Shown piece after piece: positions 7,847 to 16,205 of a stretch of DNA of 22,756 nt (position 1 is its first letter; the number at the start of each line of letters is the position of its first letter). The notes under the pieces are model-generated. The model worked only from the letters and a program-made list of their open reading frames with translations, did not search any database and was not told the DNA's origin. The DNA lies in NCBI GenBank assembly GCA_041641555.1, contig JBEPYC010000019.1, positions 1 to 22,756 on the forward strand, in the 5' to 3' direction. The translations under genes and the position numbers were made by a program. The stretch is from Chitinivibrionales bacterium. GTDB taxonomy: Bacteria > Fibrobacterota > Chitinivibrionia > Chitinivibrionales > WJKA01.

Positions 7847-9217
7847 CTAGATTGCTCGTCCCCACTTCAATGCATTTTTATGAACGCTAAAATTGATACC
7901 CGATTGCACATATTCGTATCCGCGCGAGCAAAACGGCACCATCGTGAGCCGGCATGAAACCGGTTTGAACCTCTCCATGGCAATCCTGGGCAGCAGGCTT
8001 TTTCTGGCATTTGAGCAGGAAGACAGTACCAGCGGTACACTCTCGAAAGCTTCGGCGGCCGAGAGGGTTACCGGATAGGTTCTCTCACCCGATGACCGGC
8101 TATCCTTTGTGCTGCGAAGCTGAGCGATGGTGAGGGCTCCTGCTATGCGAAGAAAGATTCGGGGCGCAATTTTAAAGGCAGGTATCCAGATGTCGGCAGA
8201 GCGATTCTTCATTGCAGGTGTAACCATGCGCGGCACATTCAATTCCTGGATCAGATCAGCAAAAGAATCGAGCCTCAGCGATTCACCTTTGACCGCTATT
8301 CGCCAGAAAGGTAACCACATGGCATCGCCGGAGTCCCCGCCTTCGGCGAATGAAATCCGGGTCCTGACGAGTCTGCCATATTGCGCGGCCCACCCTACCC
8401 CGCACCGGGAGCAAGGCAACACCATCGACACTGTTGTCCCTTCAAGACTCCATCCGCAATCAGGGCAGAGCGTAGGGACGAACCGAACGCCTTCCTGAGC
8501 AGTGTCTCTGGCTTCACTCCCGAAATCGATCGGATCACAGGAGCCGACTCGTGTTCCGGTCAGCCCGTCGTACAAGACACTTCCCTGGTAGAAATACGGC
8601 CAGTAAACCTGACTCACGATCTCCCCAATGAATGCATTAATAGTATCACCGCGCCCAGCCCCGATGCCGGAATCCCGGGCGATTGCATTGGTGACAATCT
8701 CGGCCACCCGGCGGTCGGAAGCGTTGTCGGAGCGGGCCAGCTGAGCAAATGCCGCTCTTGCGGCTCCGTCGGGGTTCTCCTGAAAATGCTCGATAGAACT
8801 GTGTGCCTTGCTGGTGATGCGGCCAAGAAAGTGTTCCAGACTCAATGTTGGTTTGAGGAAAACACCTTCGGTCTTCTGCTCAACGAACCGGGCTTTCACA
8901 GCCTGAAGACGGTACCCCAGGGAATGGGGGATCCGGAGATCCGTTCTCGCACATATTGTCCGGTCGATCAGTTTGTGCTTGCTCTGAGTAACCCCCTGCC
9001 GAAACTCAATACCCTTGAATCTCCAATAAGGAACATAAAAGGAATACGCCTGGTGTTTCTCTGCGGCGGGAACATACGAAGAGAAGTATTGCGAAGCGGT
9101 GACAATAAGCCGAACCCGACAATACGGGCAGGTGAAGACCCGATCGGACTCGGTCATCTCTACCGGTGCCCCGCATTGGGGGCACCGATGATCGAAACGG
9201 AGGTCAGATCCGTTCAC
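7847..9217 (-). CDS. Double zinc-ribbon protein of unknown function, translationally coupled to the upstream SPFH gene (possible YdjG/YdjH-like partner)
   Basis: The track ORF 7847..9412 overlaps the SPFH gene by 209 bp, which is implausible. An in-frame GTG at 9217 overlaps the upstream stop by about 11 nt, which is typical coupling. The product carries two CxxC...CxxC ribbons (CPQCGAPVEM...FTCPYC and CPDCGWSLEG...LPCSRCG) about 300 aa apart. I recognise no other domain. Confidence 0.55.
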   Translation of the reverse strand: MNGSDLRFDHRCPQCGAPVEMTESDRVFTCPYCRVRLIVTASQYFSSYVPAAEKHQAYSFYVPYWRFKGIEFRQGVTQSKHKLIDRTICARTDLRIPHSLGYRLQAVKARFVEQKTEGVFLKPTLSLEHFLGRITSKAHSSIEHFQENPDGAARAAFAQLARSDNASDRRVAEIVTNAIARDSGIGAGRGDTINAFIGEIVSQVYWPYFYQGSVLYDGLTGTRVGSCDPIDFGSEARDTAQEGVRFVPTLCPDCGWSLEGTTVSMVLPCSRCGVGWAAQYGRLVRTRISFAEGGDSGDAMWLPFWRIAVKGESLRLDSFADLIQELNVPRMVTPAMKNRSADIWIPAFKIAPRIFLRIAGALTIAQLRSTKDSRSSGERTYPVTLSAAEAFESVPLVLSSCSNARKSLLPRIAMERFKPVSCRLTMVPFCSRGYEYVQSGINFSVHKNALKWGRAI

Positions 9218-10334
9218 CGCACTGATTACAGAAAACTGAGTTAGAAAGAATATCGGCCGAGCAGTGTGGACATTTACGCGATGACTCTTTTTGCTCTGCC
9301 GGTGTTCCACAACGCACGCAGAACTTAGCATTGGGAGTAAGGTTTTTAGCGCAGTTGGTACATTTACGGAAGACGAGTATCTGATGACCGCAGTACATGC
9401 AGAAGTGTGCATTCCGCGAAAGCGAATGCCCGCAATCGGGGCAGATCTGCTGATCGGTGGTCGGCGAGGCCTCAGAGGATCTGGCCTGCGGCTGAAAATA
9501 CTGCGAGAGCATTGCCGGCATCATCATCCCAAGTCCCATCCCCATTCCCTGCCCGCTTGCGGCGGGATTATCCGCAGCTTTCTCGACAGCCATCGCCGTC
9601 TTGAGTCTGGTCAGATCCCCCAGATCCTTGAAAAGTCCCAGCTTACTCCGGTCATCGATTGCACGCTGTACTTCCTGCGGCGGTGTTATCGAATTGATAA
9701 ACATGTGGGGCATGGCAAGACCAAACCGGGCCAGGTCTTGTTGCAATCGTTGCTGAAGTCCTTTTGAAAGCTCGGCGTAGGTCCCCGGCAGGTTGAAAAT
9801 CGAGTCCAGGTGCTCTCCAAGATGATCGTTGAGCCTCGAAACCAACAGGTCGCTGAAATACTCGGTAATGTCCATGGTGGATAGCGACGGGACAGTTCCC
9901 ACGATACTGTTTACGAAGAGAAGTGGCTGAACCACCTGCACGGTGAATTGCCCAAACGCACGAATACGGATGAGGCCAAGCTCGGAATCCTTGAATGCAA
10001 CCGGGTGACGGGTTCCCCATTTCCACCCGGTGAAAACCTTCATGTTGACATAGTACACTTCGGCGCGAAGCGGGCTGGTGAATCCCCATGGAATTGCCAT
10101 GATTTTGTTGAGCACCGGAATGTTACCCGTTTTGAGAGTATGACGTCCCGGTCCGAAGACCTGGATCGCTTTCCCATTATAGAAAAAAACCCCCACCTGA
10201 CTTTCCCTGACAACCAGTTGCGCTCCAAACTTGATCTCCCCTGAGCCTTTCTCGGGGATTCGGTGGACCATCTCCTCTCCGGTAGGATCGAACCACTCGA
10301 TCATTTCGAGAAAAACGGCGTTGTTTTTACCCAT
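9204..10334 (-). CDS. SPFH/band-7 (stomatin-prohibitin-flotillin) family protein of the YdjI/COG4260 type with a C-terminal triple zinc ribbon
   Basis: 376 aa. The N-terminus is MIEWFDPTGEEMVHRIPEKGSGEIKFGAQLVVRESQVGVFFYNGKAIQVFGPGRHTL...AEVYYVNMKVF, characteristic of the virion-core-protein-like SPFH family. A Gly/Met-rich linker (GQGMGMGLGMMMP) follows. Three C-terminal CxxC-x10-12-CxxC zinc ribbons are present. AGGA lies 7 nt upstream of the ATG. Confidence 0.85.
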   Translation of the reverse strand: MGKNNAVFLEMIEWFDPTGEEMVHRIPEKGSGEIKFGAQLVVRESQVGVFFYNGKAIQVFGPGRHTLKTGNIPVLNKIMAIPWGFTSPLRAEVYYVNMKVFTGWKWGTRHPVAFKDSELGLIRIRAFGQFTVQVVQPLLFVNSIVGTVPSLSTMDITEYFSDLLVSRLNDHLGEHLDSIFNLPGTYAELSKGLQQRLQQDLARFGLAMPHMFINSITPPQEVQRAIDDRSKLGLFKDLGDLTRLKTAMAVEKAADNPAASGQGMGMGLGMMMPAMLSQYFQPQARSSEASPTTDQQICPDCGHSLSRNAHFCMYCGHQILVFRKCTNCAKNLTPNAKFCVRCGTPAEQKESSRKCPHCSADILSNSVFCNQCGERI

Positions 10335-10435
10335 GAGGAATCCTCTGAAAGTGTGAGGGGACAGAGCGTGGATCCTCTAATTATAAAATCCGAAGAGTAA
10401 GAATGTAAAGTCTGGCGGGGCATTGCAGGAATCAG

Positions 10436-11812
10436 GTGAGAAACATATTATTTATCATGATAGCCCAAACCTTTGCCCGAACTGGAACGGTTGATGTGAA
10501 CTCAGGCCCGAAAAACTCGAATGTCGATCTAAAAAAGCTGCTCAGGGTTTTCCGTCAGAAAGACCGATATCTTCCAATTGCACCCGTCGGCCAGGGCGGG
10601 ATAGCCGATATCGTAAGCGCGTTCGACCGCCGCCTCAATCGGGTGGTCGCCATCAAGGAACTGCGAGCCGACAGCGCCAAAGATGAACGTCTGGTCCGCA
10701 TGTTTCTTACTGAGGCAAAACTCGTTGGGTATTTGGATCATCCGGGAGTCATCCCGGTGTTCGATGCCTTCCTTCGGAAGAGAAACCGTCTCTGCTATAC
10801 GATGAAACTTCTGGAAGGAAAGCCCCTGACAACGCTGATCAAGTCTCAGAGAAGCATTGGTCCGGCCCCCAATGAACAGAATAGTTTCCTGGAAATCTTC
10901 ATTCGCCTCTGCGAAACGATGGCCTACGTGCATGACCGGGGTGTTGTCCACCTGGACCTCAAACCCGACAATATCATGGTCGGTACGTACGGTGAAGTCA
11001 TGATCATGGATTGGGGAAACGCACACCTTTTCGACAAAGAACCCTACCGCAGGCATTTCGGGGCACATGCCTATGACATGCACCTGCTCTCGTCAACGGA
11101 TATCGAAAAAGGGGTTGTGGTTGGTACTCCACTGTACATGTCACCGGAGCAGACAAGAGATACCCTCGACAGTCTTCGTCCGCAATCGGACATTTTCTCT
11201 CTGGGTGTTATTCTGTACGAAATGATGACCGGCACGATGCCTTTTACCGGGGAGACCTTCAAAGAGCTCTCGGACGGTATCCGCACACACTTCCCGTATC
11301 CGCTCCACGAACTCAACCCGGACATTCCACGAAGGCTGTCCACGATTTGCGACAGGATGATGACCAAGGAGCCAGACCGTCGATTCTCATCCTGCCAGGA
11401 AGTGCTCTCCGAAATTGCCGACTACCGAAATTCCGGGCAAGCATTTTCATCGGAGAGTTTTCTTCCCGGTGAAGCGATATTCGAAGAAGGCGATCCCGGC
11501 AACTTTTCATTTGTCATACTTTCGGGGAAAGTCGAAATCACCAAAAAATCCGGTGGGAAAACCACGGTCCTGGCCTGCCTCGGCAAAGGAGAGGTTGTCG
11601 GCGAGCTCGCCATTCTCACCGGCACGCCCCGCTCGGCAACCGCCCGCGCAGTGGTACCTACTCTAATACGCGTCATGGGGAGTGAAGAAATCGAGAAAGA
11701 ACTGGAGAAGCTCTCTCCGTGGGTAGGTCAGATGATAACCGGCCTTTCCCATCGGTTTCTTGCCCAGAACGAGCGTATCATCGAACTTCAACGAAGAGAC
11801 AGAGAACAGTGA
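10436..11812 (+). CDS. Hanks-type Ser/Thr protein kinase fused to a C-terminal cyclic-nucleotide-binding (CNB/cNMP) domain
   Basis: 458 aa. The kinase shows a Gly-rich loop GQGGIADI, VAIKEL with the Lys, a catalytic loop HLDLKPDN (HLD rather than HRD), DWG in place of DFG, and YMSPEQ as the APE-like motif. The C-terminal CNB domain shows FEEGDPGNFSFVILSGKVEI, GELAIL and the phosphate-binding cassette PRSATARA. The start is GTG at 10436, or alternatively the ATG at 10457. Confidence 0.85.
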   Translation: MRNILFIMIAQTFARTGTVDVNSGPKNSNVDLKKLLRVFRQKDRYLPIAPVGQGGIADIVSAFDRRLNRVVAIKELRADSAKDERLVRMFLTEAKLVGYLDHPGVIPVFDAFLRKRNRLCYTMKLLEGKPLTTLIKSQRSIGPAPNEQNSFLEIFIRLCETMAYVHDRGVVHLDLKPDNIMVGTYGEVMIMDWGNAHLFDKEPYRRHFGAHAYDMHLLSSTDIEKGVVVGTPLYMSPEQTRDTLDSLRPQSDIFSLGVILYEMMTGTMPFTGETFKELSDGIRTHFPYPLHELNPDIPRRLSTICDRMMTKEPDRRFSSCQEVLSEIADYRNSGQAFSSESFLPGEAIFEEGDPGNFSFVILSGKVEITKKSGGKTTVLACLGKGEVVGELAILTGTPRSATARAVVPTLIRVMGSEEIEKELEKLSPWVGQMITGLSHRFLAQNERIIELQRRDREQ

Positions 11813-11816
11813 AATG

Positions 11817-13307
11817 TCACAACCTGCGCTGGAGGGCTTGCACAACGGTTTTCATCGCTTTTATTCTCGCAAACGGTTTGTCATTGGCTTCTACAATGGT
11901 CCATGGCGCATAGGTCGTACTCGTTTTCAGTAACATTTCTTCGACCGCCGCACTGTAGTCTTCCCATTTCTCCCGGTTGCGCCAGTCCTCATCGGTGATT
12001 TTCCACTGTTTGTGCGGTGTTCTCTGGCGAGCCTCGAAACGCCGCAACTGTTCGGCTTGATCTATTTGAAGCCAGAATTTTATCACCACCGCCCCAAAAT
12101 CACACCACTGTTGCTCGGTTTCATTTATTTCCCGATAGGCCCGAGACCACTGCTCTTCCGAGCAGAAGCCTTCCACGCGCTCCACCAGCACCCGACCATA
12201 CCAGGAACGGTCAAAGACAGTGATATGCCCGGCTTTTGGAAGAACGCGCCAGAACCGCCACATATAATGATGATCCTTTTCCTCCTGGGTGGGTGCCGCA
12301 AACGGAACGACCTCATAGCCGCGTGGATCCATTCCCTGTACGAGCCGCCGAATGTTTCCGCCTTTGCCGGCAGCATCCCAGCCCTCATACACGATGATCA
12401 CCGGCACTCTCTTGAGAAAGACTTCGTGTTCCAGTTCCAGCAGCCGTTTGCCAAGTTTTTTACTCGCGGAACTATATCGGTCTCGCGGGAGGTTCTCTGA
12501 AAGATCCACACTGTTGAGGATCGAAGTACTCAGATCCAGGGGGCCGGCAGACTCCTTTACCGGAGCGTCATGATGACCCTCTTTTCCCTGCGAGTTCGAC
12601 CCGGCGATCCGCCTCTCCAATGCATCGATAAGCGTGGTCAACATTTTGATGGTGGCAAATTTTTTGTCATGTGCCTCGATAACGGTCCACGGTGCCCATT
12701 CCGTGCCCGTCCTTTCCAGCATCTCTTCGAAGGCTCTGTAATAAAGGTTGTACTGCCGGTGATGACGTTTGTCATCGGAGGTAACTTTCCATGCCGTGGA
12801 TTTATTGGCCAGCAGCTTTTCGAACCTCTTTTTCTGCTCCTTTTTGTCGATATGAAGCAGAAATTTCACCAGCACGATCTGATCGTCGGAGAGATGTCTC
12901 TCGAAAGAATTGATGTCCGAGTACGCCTGCGTCCATTCCTCTTTGGGCACGATCTCATCCACGCGCTCCACCAGCACTTTGCCATACCAGCTCCGATCGA
13001 AAATTGCCAACCTGCCGCGGGCCGGGGTGCGAATCCAAAACCGCCAGAGCCATGGCCGGAGTCTTTCTTCCTGCGTGGGAGCGTTGGTCGGGTATACCTT
13101 GAAGCCGCGCGGATCCAGCGCAAGGATGAGGTTATTGATCAGCGTGCCTTTTCCAGCAGCATCCCATCCCTCGAAAACAACTACCACCGGAATTTTCAGT
13201 TTCCGGGCATCTCGTTGCAGCTTGCCTATTCTTCGCTCCAGCTCGCCGATAAGGCTTTTGTACTCGCTCTTTGGCAGCTTTCGATTGAGATCGATCTTCT
13301 CAAGCAT
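11817..13307 (-). CDS. Two-domain polyphosphate kinase 2 (class II PPK2 / polyphosphate:AMP phosphotransferase-like)
   Basis: Two tandem PPK2 domains each have a Walker A motif (VVVVFEGWDAAGKGTLIN and VIIVYEGWDAAGKGGNIRR) plus DRSWY and lid motifs. The track start at 13385 is TTG. I prefer the ATG at 13307 (MLEKIDLNRKLPKSEYKS...), which is preceded by the strong Shine-Dalgarno aggaggg with a 5-nt spacer. Confidence 0.9.
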   Translation of the reverse strand: MLEKIDLNRKLPKSEYKSLIGELERRIGKLQRDARKLKIPVVVVFEGWDAAGKGTLINNLILALDPRGFKVYPTNAPTQEERLRPWLWRFWIRTPARGRLAIFDRSWYGKVLVERVDEIVPKEEWTQAYSDINSFERHLSDDQIVLVKFLLHIDKKEQKKRFEKLLANKSTAWKVTSDDKRHHRQYNLYYRAFEEMLERTGTEWAPWTVIEAHDKKFATIKMLTTLIDALERRIAGSNSQGKEGHHDAPVKESAGPLDLSTSILNSVDLSENLPRDRYSSASKKLGKRLLELEHEVFLKRVPVIIVYEGWDAAGKGGNIRRLVQGMDPRGYEVVPFAAPTQEEKDHHYMWRFWRVLPKAGHITVFDRSWYGRVLVERVEGFCSEEQWSRAYREINETEQQWCDFGAVVIKFWLQIDQAEQLRRFEARQRTPHKQWKITDEDWRNREKWEDYSAAVEEMLLKTSTTYAPWTIVEANDKPFARIKAMKTVVQALQRRL

Positions 13308-13562
13308 TCGTCCCTCCTGGTGATAAAGGCCCCTCGTGCCAAAGTTACCTCTTTCAAGAACCCGGTCTGAACCTCTGTGCTCCAATAATCACCGAAAGTA
13401 CTTGTAATCACGAAGTGCCAATCGGCAAAATCGAAAACATAAGTGAAGCTTCGATGCAGAGGCTCGGTGGCTGGCATCTGTGTTTTGGTACTTGCAATGG
13501 AGATAACGCAGACACCATGCCTAAAAATATAACGGCCTTGCGGGAAACCAATATGAGGCGGG

Positions 13563-14783
13563 ATGAGTTGGCGCCCGGTTCCCGGGAGGTGTATATTAGA
13601 ACATACGGCTCATCTCCCAATTCATGCGAACCTTATGCAGTTTGATCCCTATCCGATAACCAACAGTCTTCCCAGTGCCGCCTCCTTTCATCCAATGACG
13701 GTGCTTATCGTCGATGATGAATGGGCGATCAGAGAAGTGCTGCAGAAGGCCCTGTCGCAAGCAGGGTATGTATGCCATATTGCCGAGTCGGCTGAGCAAG
13801 CTCTGGAAATCTTCCGAAAAATCCATGTGGATATCCTGGTGACAGATATCAAAATGTCGGGCATGGATGGCATTCAGCTCATCAGAAAAATCCGCGAGAC
13901 ACATGACACCAGCAGCATAGTAATGACCGGGTACCAGTCCCGTTTCTCGTACGAAGATGTTGTCGGAGTAGGTGCAAGCGATTTTGTGGGAAAACCGGTA
14001 ACACCAAACGAGTTACTCGTCCGCGTCCGGCGGATTGCCCGTGAGCGCCGGATTCTCAAAGAGCGAAACCGAAAGCACGAGGCCCTTCATGAGACATTCA
14101 AAAAACTGCGGCATGCCTATCACGATACGATCAACCGGCTGATCCGGGCTTCTCAATTCAAAGATGAAGACACTGGCGATCACGTCATGCGTATCGGACG
14201 ATTCAGTGCGCTCCTGGCGCAACACTCGGGTATGACTAACGCTGCGATTTCCAACATATTCTACGCCGCTCCCATGCACGATGTCGGCAAGATTGGGATA
14301 CCCGACAGCATTCTTCTCAAACCGGGTAAACTTTCGGACGAAGAGTTCGAGATAATGAAACGGCACACGCTGATCGGTGGATCGATTCTCCAGAGCCCGA
14401 AGTCTGATATATTAGAGATGGCCAGGGAAATAGCGTTAACTCACCACGAGCAGTGGGATGGGAAAGGTTATCCGCAGGGGATGGGGGGAAAACAGATCCC
14501 GCTTCCAGGAAGAATCGTAAAGTTGGCCGACGTATTCGATGCGCTCACCTCTCCACGTCCGTACAAGGAACCGTACCCCGTCGATGTCGCTATGGAGATA
14601 ATAATAAAGGAACGAGGACGCCATTTCGACCCCGACCTTGTCGATCTTTTCCTGTCGGTCCAGGATGAGATTTTCGAGATCAAGCGGAATGAAGGCGGAC
14701 TGCGCGAAGGTGAGCGTGATACGTTCCTCTGGAGTGAACGCGACCTGGGCTATCTTCCGTCCATCCTAAAGAAAAAAGAGTGA
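13563..14783 (+). CDS. Response regulator with receiver domain and HD-GYP domain (RpfG-like c-di-GMP phosphodiesterase)
   Basis: The receiver is MTVLIVDDEWAIREVLQ...ILVTDIKMSGMDG...KPV. The HD-GYP domain carries HDVGKIGIPD and HHEQWDGKGYPQG. The receiver begins at M45, so the true start is probably the ATG at 13695. No histidine kinase is adjacent. Confidence 0.9.
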   Translation: MSWRPVPGRCILEHTAHLPIHANLMQFDPYPITNSLPSAASFHPMTVLIVDDEWAIREVLQKALSQAGYVCHIAESAEQALEIFRKIHVDILVTDIKMSGMDGIQLIRKIRETHDTSSIVMTGYQSRFSYEDVVGVGASDFVGKPVTPNELLVRVRRIARERRILKERNRKHEALHETFKKLRHAYHDTINRLIRASQFKDEDTGDHVMRIGRFSALLAQHSGMTNAAISNIFYAAPMHDVGKIGIPDSILLKPGKLSDEEFEIMKRHTLIGGSILQSPKSDILEMAREIALTHHEQWDGKGYPQGMGGKQIPLPGRIVKLADVFDALTSPRPYKEPYPVDVAMEIIIKERGRHFDPDLVDLFLSVQDEIFEIKRNEGGLREGERDTFLWSERDLGYLPSILKKKE

Positions 14784-14791
14784 GTTTCCAC

Positions 14792-16000
14792 TCACGATAC
14801 TTTCCCAAAGTAAAAGACGACATCCAACCCGCCATTGCTGAAACCACGTTGCCAGGTCGGGCGTAACCGTGTTGAGTCGATAAGGTTTCCGCGTGGGAGG
14901 ATTATCCCGAAATGCCATCCTTTGCAGGTTTTTCGCAACTGATCACCGTACTCTCGTAACAGCTTCCGGGTTTGCTCCCGATCACCCAACCGTTTACCGT
15001 AGGGCGCATTTGCCAGTACCAGTCCCGAGGTACCCCAGAAGCCATTGCCATTGAATGTGCGGCAGTCGGCCTGATTAAAATCGACGCACCCGGTAACTCC
15101 AGCCCGCTCGGCATTACGACCTGCGGCTGCAATCACCGCCGGATCGACGTCAAAACCTAACATTTTCTCTGACATGCCGGCACCATCAATCGCTTCCGCG
15201 CGAGCGCGTTCCTTAACCCGCTCATAAACACCCTTGTTGTACGAAGGCCAGCACTCAAAGGCAAACCCCCTGTTCGCTCCGGCCGGGATCCCGCTGCGCA
15301 TCAACGCCGCTTCAATAGGGAACGTCCCCGAGCCGCACATGGAATCGGCAATGACAGTAAAGCGTTTCCAATCCGAGAGCTTGAGCAGCGCCGCGGCCGT
15401 TGTTTCCCTGACTGGAGCACGGCCCACATCGGTCCGATACCCTCTCCGGTAGAGTACCTCACCACTGGAATCCATACTCAGCGTACACCGGTCGCTGTCA
15501 AATCGCACAAAAACGCGAAATTGCGAGTCTGACTGCTGCTCACAACCAATGCCCAGCGTTTTCATGTGCTCGCCAATCCCATCCGCCACAGCTTTTTCAA
15601 TATTGGTGGTGTGATGCAATCGTGAGTGAGAACTGGAGACCTGGACAGAGACAGCAGGTGCAAAGCCGAGCCAGAGCTCCCACGGTATTCGCCGTACCTT
15701 GCCATAGAGTTCGGGATAGGACCGGGCTCCAAAACTGGCAATCCTCACCAGAAAACGAGTGGCTGTTCGCGATGTGTAATTACAGTGGTACACAAGCTCC
15801 ACAGGTCCTTCGAAAGCAACCCCACCGGTTTCCGGGCTGAGCTTATCAATTCGGAGATCTGTCAGTTCGCTACAGCAAACGTCTTCGAAACCGGGGGTAC
15901 ATACAGCAAAAAAACGATGCGTTTCCTTGAGAAACCGCCGTTTCAAGCGCCTCTGGAGGGCTCGCGGCGTGAGCGATTGAGAATCGACTGATTGTCCCAA
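14792..16000 (-). CDS. THUMP-domain class I SAM-dependent RNA methyltransferase (COG0116, RlmL/YpsC/Trm14-like)
   Basis: 402 aa. A THUMP-like N-terminal half is followed by the SAM-binding motif ADSMCGSGTFPIEAAL and the catalytic motif LVLANAPYGKRLG, which is NPPY-like. The track start is TTG. An alternative TTG 18 codons downstream (MKRRFLKETHRFFAV...) is possible. Confidence 0.85.
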   Translation of the reverse strand: MGQSVDSQSLTPRALQRRLKRRFLKETHRFFAVCTPGFEDVCCSELTDLRIDKLSPETGGVAFEGPVELVYHCNYTSRTATRFLVRIASFGARSYPELYGKVRRIPWELWLGFAPAVSVQVSSSHSRLHHTTNIEKAVADGIGEHMKTLGIGCEQQSDSQFRVFVRFDSDRCTLSMDSSGEVLYRRGYRTDVGRAPVRETTAAALLKLSDWKRFTVIADSMCGSGTFPIEAALMRSGIPAGANRGFAFECWPSYNKGVYERVKERARAEAIDGAGMSEKMLGFDVDPAVIAAAGRNAERAGVTGCVDFNQADCRTFNGNGFWGTSGLVLANAPYGKRLGDREQTRKLLREYGDQLRKTCKGWHFGIILPRGNLIDSTRLRPTWQRGFSNGGLDVVFYFGKVS

Positions 16001-16205
16001 GAAACGCCTCCGGAAGACTGGATGGATGGTTATACAATATATAAAGCACCAAAAGAAGACATTGGGCAGGGGGACTGATGTTGCGTAGTTACTTCACCGC
16101 AAGTTAGTTTTCTTCCATTAATTTGTCTATGTCTTCGTGTTCAACTGTTGACAACACTGTCATACGAAACGTGTTGTTAGCAGGGGGTGTTCCCGGGAGC
16201 CAATC

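Noticed and set aside
8381-9244. 287-aa + strand ORF antisense to the zinc-ribbon protein gene, and 8127..8498 (+)
   Set aside because: They are antisense to a gene that is translationally coupled to its upstream partner. They have no motifs. They are a likely artefact of high GC.
9218-9412. N-terminal 65 codons of track ORF 7847..9412 (MHTSACTAVIRYSS...)
   Set aside because: This stretch overlaps the 3' end of the SPFH gene by about 200 bp on the same strand. I treat it as an over-extension and favour the GTG at 9217 as the start.
12570-13370. 266-aa + strand ORF and other ORFs inside the PPK2 gene
   Set aside because: They are antisense to a CDS with two clear PPK2 Walker A domains and have no motifs.
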